Numbered from the stretch's first letter, positions 29,469 through 40,187 are shown. The stretch is 64,000 nt of DNA from Tolypothrix carrinoi HA7290-LM1 (GCA_019358935.1 JAHHIK010000010.1:1-64000); one strand, 5' to 3'. Made by a program: numbers and translations. Notes: generated by a model from the letters alone, not told the origin.

Positions 29469-30413
29469 ATGTCAGATTCTGGTGCTACAGAGTCGAAAGT
29501 TGGTAAAGTTCTGCTCATCGGCGTGACTGGTGGCACCGGTGGTAATGTGGTCAAAGGATTTCGCCAACAGCAACTTACAAACCTGCGTGCCATAACTAGA
29601 AAAATTGACCTGAACCGTCCTTCGCTGTCGAAAATGAGCGAAGTTGGAGTTGAGTTGGTTGAAGCCAATTTAGACGATGAAAACTCCCTCGCAGCAGCTA
29701 TGGACGGCATTTCGGCTATTTATTGCCACGCTACTTCAGCGGACTCTGCCAAACCTGACCCGCTAGAAGTGGAGAGGGCAAAGCACGTTGCACAAGCGGC
29801 AAAAAAAGCCGACATCAAGCACTTTGTTTATAACTCCGCAGGTGGTGCAGACAGAAATTCCGGAATTCCCCATATTGAGCAAAAGTACAAGGTTGAGCAA
29901 ATTCTCAAAGCAGCAAACTTACCGACAACGATGTTGCGTGCGTGTTTGTTTATGGAGGAGTTTTGGAAAAAGTATACGCGACCGTCGATACTTAAGGGAA
30001 CTTTCCCATTTTCGATTCAGCCTGACAAGCCTTTACATCTGATTACAACTATAGATATGGGTCGCGTTGCTGCTTATGTGATGAAAAATCCTGACAAGTA
30101 CATCGGTCAAGAAATTGAACTTGCTGGTGATGTGCTGACTCCAAAGCAACTTGCCGAGGCATTTTCTCAAGCGCAGGGGACAAGTGTTGTTCACAAAGAA
30201 ACACCCGCGTGGATATTCTTACTTTTATTTCAAAAAGAATTGTACGCTTTGATTCAGTGGTATCGCCGCAAGGGTTATCAAGCTGATGTGCAGCACTTGC
30301 GGCAAGAGTTTCCGGGACTTTTGACTACATTCGATGAATTTCTGCAAGAAACCAACTGGGGAAATAAGGAACTAACTTATGAGAGTCTTTCAGGACTGGG
30401 GAGTGAAGATTAG
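29469..30413 (+). CDS. NmrA/HSCARG-like NAD(P)-binding protein
   Basis: IGVTGGTG Rossmann motif, HFVYNS, IPH-K-VE, ELAGD-LT. Confidence 0.88.
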   Translation: MSDSGATESKVGKVLLIGVTGGTGGNVVKGFRQQQLTNLRAITRKIDLNRPSLSKMSEVGVELVEANLDDENSLAAAMDGISAIYCHATSADSAKPDPLEVERAKHVAQAAKKADIKHFVYNSAGGADRNSGIPHIEQKYKVEQILKAANLPTTMLRACLFMEEFWKKYTRPSILKGTFPFSIQPDKPLHLITTIDMGRVAAYVMKNPDKYIGQEIELAGDVLTPKQLAEAFSQAQGTSVVHKETPAWIFLLLFQKELYALIQWYRRKGYQADVQHLRQEFPGLLTTFDEFLQETNWGNKELTYESLSGLGSED

Positions 30414-30696
30414 GTGAGCGATCGCATAACTTTTTTGTTTGCTCGTATCGCATAGCTGAATTAATTCAAGCGGCAAGACTTATTATCTTACCATAAAATA
30501 ATTTTGCAAGTCTAGTTTTGACTCAGAAGCAGATGATTAATATCTAATATTCAAACAGCACGCTTTATCCTCTTATATAAAACTATAGTGTTGGCGAATA
30601 TCTGCTACTCAATATGAGTGCAGATTGGCGTTACGCATAATTATGATGCAACTTTAACTTGTCACGAATAATCTTGAATAGATAACAGAGATAAAC

Positions 30697-32937
30697 ATGG
30701 ACGAACGTATTTCCCAAAACTTTGGCTTTAAGAAAAGCACTCCTAACGATAACGGTGCATTATCTATTGGTCGCGTCACTGGGATTCCCAATATTAATTC
30801 TCCTCAGCCACCTGGGAATATATCCACCTGGTTTTTAGGGACACGAGCAGAAAATGCAGCTTTATTCAAAGAACTTATTGATAAGGCTGTAGCTCACATC
30901 ATTGAGTATCGCCACTCTTACTTACCAGGCGATCCTGAAACTATTACACCAGAGATAAAAGCCTCAAAAGAATACCAAGCTGGTGTGAGTGCTTTGATGG
31001 ACGCTTATGACAAATTGCTGAACTATCTGCGCGAATATGGGACTCCCCATTTTAGTATGCGCTATCAGGGTCATGAATTTTGGGATGTGACCTTACCTGG
31101 ACTTGTTGGCTATTTTGCTGCCATGTTGCACAATCCCAATAATTCCACAATCCAAGGTTCAACAGCAACAACCTTATTAGAGTTACAGGTTGGTCGGGAT
31201 CTTTGTGCGATGGTTGGTTTTCCCTCTCATGAGGGTATCGAACCTTGGAGCCATATTACAGCGGGTGGTTCTATTGCGATCGCCGAGGCAACTTGGGCGA
31301 CACGAGAAATGAAATTTTTCCCCTTTGCGGTACGTGCTACTCTCATGCAGGAACCAGCACTCGCTCTTGCCCGTGACTTGAAAGTGCCGATTGTAGACGG
31401 TAGCCAGCCTAAGTTGTTAGAGGCAACACCTTGGCAGTTGTTCAATATTCGGATGGATGACATTCTCGCTCTACCTCAGCGAATTTGGGAACTATGCGGT
31501 GAAAACGAAAAACTCAAGGATGTCTATAGCGTTTGGGATCACATGTTAGCTAACAACCTCAACACTCAGGGATGGTTGCAAATGACACGTTCCTGTCTTA
31601 CCGATGTCGGTGCATTGAAGATTATAGTTCCGTCATCCAAACATTATGCTTGGTTGAAGGCGGCAGCGGTAAATGGTTTTGGCAGCGAAAATTTAATTGG
31701 TATTTTCGTTGATGCCAATGCTCGAATGGATATGGCAGAGCTTGACAAAGCCTTACAAAAGTGCTTGGACGGACGTAATCCAGTACTATTTACCGTTGCA
31801 GTTTTTGGCAGTACTGAAGAGAGTGCTGTCGATCCGATTGAGAGCATTTTGGAATTGCGCGAAAAGTATCGCCAAAAAGGGTTGGAATTCAATATTCACG
31901 TCGATGCAGCCTGGGGTGGATATCAGATTTCAACCATTCGTCGTGATTACAAATTTGAAGACGATCAAAGTTGTCCGCTGTTTATAGAAGATTTTAGCGG
32001 CGTACTTTCTAACGAACACACAGTTAGGCAGATGCAGCAGATTCGCAATTGTGATTCAGCAACAATAGACCCGCACAAATCAGGCTATATTCAGTATCCG
32101 GCTGGAAGCACACTTTATCGCAATGGTCAAATAAAGAATTTTACAACTTTTTCCGGTGCTTATATCGGCGGCTCGCAGTCAATTCGTCCCACAGAACCGT
32201 CGGTTGGGATATACGGTCTTGAAGGTTCCAAGCCTGGTGCTAGTGCAGCTGCGGTTTTCCTATCGCATCAAGTGATTCGACCTTCTATAAATGGCTATGG
32301 CAAGATCATCAATCTCGCCCTTCTCAATACCAAGCTATTCTATCTGCGCCTACTGTACATGGCAACAGAACAGGATAACTTTATAATCGTGCCATTGCCC
32401 GGTCTTGCAATCGAGCGTACAAATAGTGTAATAGGCTCAGGCGTTGGCGATCGCTATCTTATTTCTCTACAAGAGCGATTGTACGGTAAAACGCAAGAGG
32501 AAATCCTAAAAGACTCCCAAGCGATCGCAATGTTACGCGAAATTGGTTCTGACCAGAACGTCCTCTGCTATGCCTTCAATTTCAAACGTCAGGATAATAG
32601 CATCAACGACGATCCTGAACTCTTCAATAAATTGAACGAGCTGATCTACGAGCGCTTCCACATCCACTATTACCAGAACGGTAAGACTGAAGATATTCAC
32701 AAGTTTCCCTTTTTACTTACCAAAACTATCTTCCAGCTAGACAATTATGGATCGACATTTATAGATAACTATGCAAAACGCCTTGGGCTGTCAAAAACAG
32801 TGGATTCAATGACAGTTTTGCGTTCGGTAGTCATGAACCCGTTCTTAAACTTGCCCAATGGCGGCTCATTTTTCGACGAGATCGTAGAAATTCTCCGAAG
32901 TAACGTTACCGAAATTATCGACCAAAATTTTCGGTGA
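30697..32937 (+). CDS. Group II PLP-dependent amino acid decarboxylase (tyrosine decarboxylase-like)
   Basis: FLG-RAEN, YQGH, HNPNN, GSTEE, HVDAAWGG, DPHK (PLP lysine), EGSKPG. Confidence 0.88.
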   Translation: MDERISQNFGFKKSTPNDNGALSIGRVTGIPNINSPQPPGNISTWFLGTRAENAALFKELIDKAVAHIIEYRHSYLPGDPETITPEIKASKEYQAGVSALMDAYDKLLNYLREYGTPHFSMRYQGHEFWDVTLPGLVGYFAAMLHNPNNSTIQGSTATTLLELQVGRDLCAMVGFPSHEGIEPWSHITAGGSIAIAEATWATREMKFFPFAVRATLMQEPALALARDLKVPIVDGSQPKLLEATPWQLFNIRMDDILALPQRIWELCGENEKLKDVYSVWDHMLANNLNTQGWLQMTRSCLTDVGALKIIVPSSKHYAWLKAAAVNGFGSENLIGIFVDANARMDMAELDKALQKCLDGRNPVLFTVAVFGSTEESAVDPIESILELREKYRQKGLEFNIHVDAAWGGYQISTIRRDYKFEDDQSCPLFIEDFSGVLSNEHTVRQMQQIRNCDSATIDPHKSGYIQYPAGSTLYRNGQIKNFTTFSGAYIGGSQSIRPTEPSVGIYGLEGSKPGASAAAVFLSHQVIRPSINGYGKIINLALLNTKLFYLRLLYMATEQDNFIIVPLPGLAIERTNSVIGSGVGDRYLISLQERLYGKTQEEILKDSQAIAMLREIGSDQNVLCYAFNFKRQDNSINDDPELFNKLNELIYERFHIHYYQNGKTEDIHKFPFLLTKTIFQLDNYGSTFIDNYAKRLGLSKTVDSMTVLRSVVMNPFLNLPNGGSFFDEIVEILRSNVTEIIDQNFR

Positions 32938-33077
32938 CCGATCCTGCGGTTCTAGGTCTATCTAGTAGCAAAAATTTATTTCCATTCCTGATAAAAATAA
33001 ATATGGAATCATGAGAAGCGATCGCTTAAATCAGGCTGGTTATTTGTAGAAATGTTACGAATGTTATGAAATCACGC

Positions 33078-34580
33078 TCAGTTCACAAATTCTTCCGATG
33101 CTAGCTGACTCATAAATGACTGATCTTGGTTCATACCAACAAGAACCACATGCTTATCTAATTTTTTATATCGAGCAACGACCTGAGAAATTGCAGTTAC
33201 AGCCGCATGATCCCATACATGAGCATGATGAAAGTCAATTATTACTTTTTCTGGGTCTTCTGCATAGTTAAAGAACTCGATAAAGCTGGCGATTGAACCA
33301 AAGAAAAGTTGTCCGGATATTGTATATATTTTCGCACCACAAGCATCGAATGATTTAACTGCTTTGATTTGGGCTGCTTTCCAAGCGAAAATAAAAGTGC
33401 TAATAATTACGCCGACCAAAACACCTTGAGCAAGGTTATTAGTCAAGAGAGCGATCGCCACCGTTACAGGCATGACAATCGCATCACTCAGCGGCATTTT
33501 TCTTAACTGTTGTAAAGATTTCCAACTAAAGGTTTCAAAAGCCACCATAATCATGATACCAATTAATGCCGCCATCGGTATCTGTTTAACTATATCTCGA
33601 AAAACAAAGATTAAAGTTAATAAAAAAGCACCAGATACAAAAGTTGATAAACGCCCTTTGCCTCCAGACCTTATATTAATAATTGATTGCCCAACCATGC
33701 CACAACCAGCCATTCCACCAAAAAAGCCTGTGACAATGTTGGCAATCCCCTGACCTTTGACTTCTCGATTTTTAGAGCTTTTGGTTTCTGTTAACTCATT
33801 GAGTAAATCTGCTGTTAATAAAGATTCTAAAAGACCGACAATCGAGAGGGTTAATGAGTAAGGCAAAATAATAAAAAAGCTTTCTAAAGAAAAATCAATA
33901 TGCGGCAGATGAAACGATGGCAGCGTACCTGTAATATTACCAATATCTCCGACTCTCCGAACATTGACTTTTGTAGTTATTGCCACGATTGTCATAATTA
34001 CAATCGCAACTAACGGTGATGGTACAATTTTGGTAATACGAGGTAGAAGATAAACGATCGCTAATGTGGCTGCTACCATCAAATACATTTGCCAAGGTTG
34101 TCCAGCAAATTGTTTAACTTGAGCTACAAAAATTAAGATGCCTAAAGCATTCACAAAACCTGCCACAACCGATTGGGGAATAAAGCTAAAAAATCTGCTT
34201 AATTTCCCAACTCCCATGAGAAATTGAACTATCCCAGTTAAAATAGTGGCTGCAAATAAATACTCAACTCCATGTTTTTCTACTAATGATGTCATCAGTA
34301 ACGACATCGAACCAGTTGCTGCCGAAATCATCGCCGGTCTTCCACCAAACACGGAAATAACGATGGCTATACAAAAGGAAGTATATAGAGCTACCATTGG
34401 CTCAACTTTAGCTATAGCAGCAAAAGCCAGAGATTCTGGAATCAATGCTAACGCTACAGTCATCCCTGCTAAAACATCACCTCTAACATGAGAAAAATCT
34501 ATAGTTTTTACTCTGTAAAAATTTAATTCACGAGCTAGTGTAGTAGTCTTGTTTTTGTATTTATTTTTAATAAAATGCAC
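33078..34580 (-). CDS. SulP family anion transporter with STAS domain
   Basis: VALALIPES-AF, GGRPAMISAATG, GGMAGCGMVGQS, GQLFFGS. GTG start after GGAGG. Confidence 0.92.
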   Translation of the reverse strand: MHFIKNKYKNKTTTLARELNFYRVKTIDFSHVRGDVLAGMTVALALIPESLAFAAIAKVEPMVALYTSFCIAIVISVFGGRPAMISAATGSMSLLMTSLVEKHGVEYLFAATILTGIVQFLMGVGKLSRFFSFIPQSVVAGFVNALGILIFVAQVKQFAGQPWQMYLMVAATLAIVYLLPRITKIVPSPLVAIVIMTIVAITTKVNVRRVGDIGNITGTLPSFHLPHIDFSLESFFIILPYSLTLSIVGLLESLLTADLLNELTETKSSKNREVKGQGIANIVTGFFGGMAGCGMVGQSIINIRSGGKGRLSTFVSGAFLLTLIFVFRDIVKQIPMAALIGIMIMVAFETFSWKSLQQLRKMPLSDAIVMPVTVAIALLTNNLAQGVLVGVIISTFIFAWKAAQIKAVKSFDACGAKIYTISGQLFFGSIASFIEFFNYAEDPEKVIIDFHHAHVWDHAAVTAISQVVARYKKLDKHVVLVGMNQDQSFMSQLASEEFVN

Positions 34581-34896
34581 TCCCACCTCCAATTTTAGAA
34601 ATTGACAAAAAAGCATCAACCTAAAAAATGCTAAGTAATATTAACATTATCAGAATGAAAATTTTTATAATTGTATATAGTTAATTAGCAAGTTTTACAA
34701 TTACTTCATAATTTATCGGATAAATATAATTTTTCAATAAACTAGGATTTAATGCCGATAGTATGGTAGTTTTGGGGGTGGCGTGAAAGCGATCGCGCAG
34801 TATTTGCTTGTAGCAGAAAAATGTAACTGCCATGCGATCGCCTTTGATCTAAAATCGTAGGTTAAATACTTAACCTCAATCCGAATACTGCAATAA

Positions 34897-35886
34897 TTAC
34901 TTAGAAAAATTCGGTTCCCCAATTTCGGGGAAACTAGCAAAATTGCGTCTCACCCAATCCATCCCCACTTCATTATTGAGCTTAATTTTCTGTGGCGTAT
35001 TTGGGTAAATCTTCCCTAAAATATCTGCATCTTGTTCGACAACAACTTTAGCAAAGTTGAGAAACTTGTTACCCAACGCTTTAAATGCTGGATGTTTCGC
35101 TTGCCCAAACATCAATACATAAGTGCGTGTCCGCATCTCGGATTCTGGGATAAACAGGTGGCATTGTGCAACTTTAGCTGCCCAGTTTTCAACATGTGAA
35201 ATTATTAAAGATGGAAAGTGATTTTCTAAGTGTGGTTTCAGGACTTTTGGTAGTAGCAACAAGTCGGGATTGCTGATTTTTTCTCTTAAACTTGTAGCTG
35301 CTGTGGGCATATCAAAAAAAGCGTGCGATTCATGCCCGTTGTCGATAAACTTCTCAAATTGCACTTCTTCAATTTTAAATAAAGGGCGATGAGTGCCGTT
35401 TTGATGATTATAATCGTGCATATTTAACAGCATGGTGAGCAAATCTGTCTCCACGCTGGTGTCTGCTGTATGTCCAATAAAGTCATACTTGGCAGTTATT
35501 TCATTCAAAATTGTCGGAATTGGCACTTTCGGTTCATATCCGCCATAAGACCAAATAAAATCATCTTGAATAATCAGTTCTAACGGTTGCAATTGTGGTA
35601 AAGTTTTCTTATTTGAACCGGGCAAAATAGTACAACCTTCACTGTCAAATTCCAAAGCATGGAATGGGCAAACTACAACGCTAGTTTTATCTTCACGTTG
35701 CTGACACCAACCTGAAGATAACATTGCTCCCATATGTGGACAAGCATTAGGTAAGGCGCTGATTTTACCTGCTGCATCTTTCCACAGCACGTAATCACAA
35801 CCGTAGAGGGAAACTTTTCTCGGTTTGTTTACCTCTAACATCGATTTGTGTGCTAACAGCCAAGGTGCGCCAAAAAGCATAGACAT
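34897..35886 (-). CDS. Rieske non-heme iron oxygenase (alpha subunit)
   Basis: CPH...CPFH Rieske ligands; N-x2-D-x2-H-x4-H mononuclear Fe motif; distal EQD. Confidence 0.88.
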   Translation of the reverse strand: MSMLFGAPWLLAHKSMLEVNKPRKVSLYGCDYVLWKDAAGKISALPNACPHMGAMLSSGWCQQREDKTSVVVCPFHALEFDSEGCTILPGSNKKTLPQLQPLELIIQDDFIWSYGGYEPKVPIPTILNEITAKYDFIGHTADTSVETDLLTMLLNMHDYNHQNGTHRPLFKIEEVQFEKFIDNGHESHAFFDMPTAATSLREKISNPDLLLLPKVLKPHLENHFPSLIISHVENWAAKVAQCHLFIPESEMRTRTYVLMFGQAKHPAFKALGNKFLNFAKVVVEQDADILGKIYPNTPQKIKLNNEVGMDWVRRNFASFPEIGEPNFSK

Positions 35887-35923
35887 TGTTATTTTCTTCC
35901 TTTTATGACTACAGCAAAATCTT

Positions 35924-36010
35924 GTAGATTAAGTGAGCTTATTAAGTAATTTTTTCTACTTAATCTACTAAGTGAGTTCTGCCAAAAATAGTTAACTAAT
36001 TTTTTAGTTA
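35924..36010. promoter_or_regulatory. Candidate TetR operators in the divergent promoter region
   Basis: Inverted repeats GTAGATTAAGT/ACTTAATCTAC (35924-35968) and TAACTAA-N4-TTAGTTA (35993-36010). Confidence 0.5.
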
Positions 36011-36143
36011 GTTATTAATTTAACCAATTTGATTTAGTCTGTCAACTACTAACCAGTCTTAAAAAACTTTGATCCCCGAAAGTCGGCGCTCAAAGTTTTC
36101 GGTTTTTTCGTTAAGATGATGTTCGTCTCTTTGATGGTGAACC

Positions 36144-36803
36144 GTGGGTCGTTCAACGAAATCAAAATCTTCATCTAACAAACCTCGACAAGTGCGCGAT
36201 GCTGAAGCGACGAAAGCGCAGATATTGGATGCAGCAATGGAGGAGTTTGCCAAGCATGGTCTTTCGGGAGCGCGAACTGAGGCGATCGCTTCGGGTAGTG
36301 GCGTTACCAAAGCCATGATTTACTACTATTTTGAGAGTAAGGAAAAGCTATATCAAGCAGTCTTACATCGGCTTGACTTTCCCATAAACGACATGCTTCG
36401 GGAAACAAACTTGGATAATTTGCCACCGGAAGAAGCCTTAAAGCAGGTTATTCAAGCAGCTATTGCTTATAGAGTCCAGCATCCTCACTTAGGCATGATT
36501 TTATTTCAAGAAGCGAATCAAAATCAAGGTAAGTTTTACAAACAGACAAACTGGCAAGAAGGTTTTGAGCAAGTTATTAATATCTTAGAACGTGGTATAG
36601 CGTCCGGTTGCTTTCGTCCAGTTGACCCGTTTCTAACTGCAATTCATATTGCCGCAGTTTGTACTTTTTATTTCGATGCCTACGAGAATCTTAAGTATGC
36701 AAAACCGGATTTAGACTTGCGAAGTCCAGAAATGATTGAGGAATACACGCAACAAGCAATTAATTTGATTTTAGCTGGTGTGCGATTTAATACTCAACAA
36801 TAG
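36144..36803 (+). CDS. TetR/AcrR family transcriptional regulator
   Basis: ILDAAMEEFAKHG-GART-IA-GVTKAMIYYYF-SKE HTH. Confidence 0.93.
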   Translation: MGRSTKSKSSSNKPRQVRDAEATKAQILDAAMEEFAKHGLSGARTEAIASGSGVTKAMIYYYFESKEKLYQAVLHRLDFPINDMLRETNLDNLPPEEALKQVIQAAIAYRVQHPHLGMILFQEANQNQGKFYKQTNWQEGFEQVINILERGIASGCFRPVDPFLTAIHIAAVCTFYFDAYENLKYAKPDLDLRSPEMIEEYTQQAINLILAGVRFNTQQ

Positions 36804-37350
36804 CATTTATGCAATCTGACAATATGAACGAAGTTCACAATACAGCATGAAAATTCCTCTTTCAAGCGTCCAAGCGTTTCTATAAAAGCAAATTTATCTT
36901 CAACAAATATATATTTTAATTGACATTTTTCCGGAACGACCTACTTCACATGATTAAAAAGTTTAAAAATCAAATTTAAACACTTATGTCGATTCAATAA
37001 AGATTTTGTAAAGACGACCAAGAAAATCTGACAATCTGATTATTTCATGTATATATACTGATATAACAGATGTTTTAGTTTCTTTTAACATCAATTCTTC
37101 TAATTGTATGTATCTACTCTTGACTATTAATTAAATTTTAATCTACGTATAATTGATAACTAAAAAATACCTCCGAGGAAACATTTAAGTGATTATGTAA
37201 AGAATATGTCTGAAGTGAGCATTAAGATCCAGTCCGAAGAAAAATTTGATTGTCTCGTAAACATGGTTGATAAATAATTACTAAATTGGCATTTATAATC
37301 AACCATAACTGCGGCAGAAACAAAACACCGTCAAAAGTAACAATCACAGA

Positions 37351-39525
37351 ATGCAAATGTTTAATCAGCACATCAATAATTTATTTTTGTCACGGGGTAA
37401 AGTTGTCAGTTTTTTACTTAGTCTGATAGCTGGAATTATTATTTCAATTGGAATTGCAACATATTTAACTGCTAATGTAGCGTCAGCAACCACTTACAAA
37501 ACCTCTTGGATAGGTAATACATTTGGCGGTGGCGATAAGTGGGTACAAAACCAGATTGAAGCGATGTATGTTGCCCCAAACGGTACAGTTTATACTAACA
37601 GCGGTTGGGATGAAGCCGGTAGAGAAGCCGGAATATACAAGGATGGCGATGTTATTGGTTCCTCAGTGGAGACGCACGGCTGGAGTCGTAGCGGGGGCAA
37701 AGCTGTCACAGGAAATAGCAAATACATTTACCTTGCCATGATTCAGGGGTCGATGGGCGACATAAAAGCTGATTATCCCCCAGAAAAAACAACTTGGTAC
37801 TGTGTAAGACGCTACGACTTATCTGGCAAACCTGCTGCTTTTAGCAAAGGACGCGGCTACGATCGCAGTATGTTAATTGTCAGTACTAAAGGCGAAGTTA
37901 CAGGATTGGCAACTTCAGGAAACGAGTTGTATGTTAGCGATTCCGCTGACAATAAAATTCGAGTTTACAACAGCGAAACTCTAGACGAAATTCGTAGCTT
38001 TAGCTTTAGCAATCCCGGACAGATAAGCGTTGACCGTCAAGGAAATTTGTGGATTATTCAGCCGAAAAAAGGTAGTAATCCGGCAAAGATTCTACATTAT
38101 TCGCGACAAGGAAAACAGTTACCAGAACAGATTGCCGATGTAGTTGAGCCAAAAGCGATGGCGATCGATAATCAAAATAGACTTTTAGTAGCAGAAAATG
38201 ATTCGCGCCAGCAAGTATTAATTTACAATATTAAAAAAAAGCCAGTATTAACCGGAACTTTCGGCAGCAAGGGCGGTATATATCAAGGTACGGCTGGGGA
38301 AATCAGTGATTTGAAATTTTACGGTATTACTGGAGTCGGCACAGATGCCGCAGGTAATATCTATATAAATAGTAATGGTTTCAATTACTCAGGCACGGAT
38401 TTGCGGAAGTTTTCACCTACCGGAAAACTACAGTGGCAATTGTTAGGTTTGCATTTTGTCGATAATGCCGATACTGACCCAGCTAGTGATGGAATTGAGG
38501 TATTTACGAAGCAAGAACAATTCGTCATGAATTATAACAAGCCTGCCGGTCAGCAAGGGACTTACAAAGCTTACACAATAAATCCTTTCAAATACCCACA
38601 AGATCCGCGTTTGCATACAGCACCGACTTCAGCCTTTTTTCGGCGCATTAAAGGCAAGCCTTTTATGTTTCTCACAGATATCTTTGCCAGCTTTATAGAG
38701 ATTTATCGTTTCAATCCAAACAGCGATGGCAAAATTGCCATACCAGCGGGAATGTTTTGGGGAACACCAGAAAAAGATGGAAAACCAGTAGCTGTAAGTT
38801 GGCTTCCTAATATACCCAAAGAAGGAGAATGGATTTGGGGCGATCGCAATGGTAACGGCGCCTTTGACAACGGCGAATACGATTCTTTACCAAAAGATTA
38901 TCCCTACCTGGGGGGATTGTGGGTAGACAGCAAAGGAGATGTTTGGAAAACCTTGCGAACTCTAGATGGTATCGGCATTCGGCATTATCCGTTACAAGGA
39001 CTAGATAAAAACGGCAACCCAATTTATACTTCTAGTTCGCTCCAAAAACAAAAAACACCAAGTATATTCACTGATATCCGGAGAATCGAATATTTCCCGG
39101 AAACAGACACTATGTATTTGTCTGGCTTCACTGTAGATCACCCCGCAGTCGGCGACGATGCCACAATTGCTGGATCGGAAATTGCCCGTTTTGACAATTG
39201 GAGCAAAGGAAATCGCACTCCCCGTTGGCGAACTGTAATTCCCTACGACACGACTGGCAAACGCGAAGTGTCTACAGCCGCAATGAGTGTGGCAGGAGAT
39301 TACGTGTTTGCCGTCACAGTGAAAACCGCAGAAGTATATGTCTACAAGACAGCAACGGGAGCGGAAGTTCAAAAGTTAAAACCTGGTGCAGAAGTGAAGG
39401 GCGAAAGTGGTTGGATTGATATACCATACGGTATCCGCGCTTTTCGTCGCTCAAATGGTCAGTACTTAGTGTTTGTTGAGGAAGATGCGAAAGGAAAAGT
39501 GATTGTGTACAAACTACCAAAGTGA
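37351..39525 (+). CDS. Large exported beta-propeller (NHL/SMP-30-like) protein
   Basis: N-terminal hydrophobic signal; NHL-like repeats (LYVSD, ISVD-QGNLWI, GTDAAGNIYI); DRNGNG Ca-binding-like loop. Confidence 0.75.
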   Translation: MQMFNQHINNLFLSRGKVVSFLLSLIAGIIISIGIATYLTANVASATTYKTSWIGNTFGGGDKWVQNQIEAMYVAPNGTVYTNSGWDEAGREAGIYKDGDVIGSSVETHGWSRSGGKAVTGNSKYIYLAMIQGSMGDIKADYPPEKTTWYCVRRYDLSGKPAAFSKGRGYDRSMLIVSTKGEVTGLATSGNELYVSDSADNKIRVYNSETLDEIRSFSFSNPGQISVDRQGNLWIIQPKKGSNPAKILHYSRQGKQLPEQIADVVEPKAMAIDNQNRLLVAENDSRQQVLIYNIKKKPVLTGTFGSKGGIYQGTAGEISDLKFYGITGVGTDAAGNIYINSNGFNYSGTDLRKFSPTGKLQWQLLGLHFVDNADTDPASDGIEVFTKQEQFVMNYNKPAGQQGTYKAYTINPFKYPQDPRLHTAPTSAFFRRIKGKPFMFLTDIFASFIEIYRFNPNSDGKIAIPAGMFWGTPEKDGKPVAVSWLPNIPKEGEWIWGDRNGNGAFDNGEYDSLPKDYPYLGGLWVDSKGDVWKTLRTLDGIGIRHYPLQGLDKNGNPIYTSSSLQKQKTPSIFTDIRRIEYFPETDTMYLSGFTVDHPAVGDDATIAGSEIARFDNWSKGNRTPRWRTVIPYDTTGKREVSTAAMSVAGDYVFAVTVKTAEVYVYKTATGAEVQKLKPGAEVKGESGWIDIPYGIRAFRRSNGQYLVFVEEDAKGKVIVYKLPK

Positions 39526-39567
39526 TTTATAACACATCTAAAAAGTACATAATCTGCTACAGTATTG

Positions 39568-39989
39568 TAAGTCGGTATTCGGAGTTTGAGAAGAATTAGG
39601 ACTTACGCTTTAAATCGGCGTAGTTCCTTAATTTACGAGTGCGATAATTCATGAATTATCGCTACAGAAGATATGTTTTGCGCTCCCAACTGTGAAAATA
39701 ATTTTCACCTCAAGTCTGCTGGATGAAAGTTGACCAAAAACACAGTGTGGGGTATAGGGTGTGGGGTGTGGGGAAAGAACGCACTCCCACACCCTGTTCT
39801 CGGTACAAGCCCCTACTTTTAAGTATGGAGAAAGAAAAAAATGTCCATCGAGACACGTAGTGCGAAAAATACAGCGTCCTTATTTGAAACCCCTGCTTTC
39901 AAGTATGGGGTTCCCACACCCTACCCCCTACCCCCTACCCCCTACACCCTTTTCATAACCGGCTAACTTGACACCGAATGCCTGACTTA
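39568..39989. mobile_element. Nested MITE/repeat cluster
   Basis: Imperfect terminal inverted repeats TAAGTCGGTATTCGG / CCGAATGCCTGACTTA, internal AGGACTTACGC, and inverted (GGGGTGT)/(CCCCTAC) heptamers. Confidence 0.5.
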
Positions 39990-40187
39990 TATCAATAGTT
40001 TAATTTAAAGTATGTTTTTAGACATTTTTGGTATCACTAGGGGGTACTATTACGCACAATAGTAGTATTTTTCAACCACAAGATACAGTCTAACTTTTAA
40101 CGAAAGCGCAGTACTGCTAATATCAAAAATAGAGTAGTGATTGTATCTGAAAATTTGCCCGTATTCTCTGTCAGCGAAGCAAATACA

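Noticed and set aside
34897..35886. Direct assignment as pheophorbide a oxygenase
   Set aside because: Too short, and the PAO-type C-terminal features are not visible; kept only as a hypothesis.
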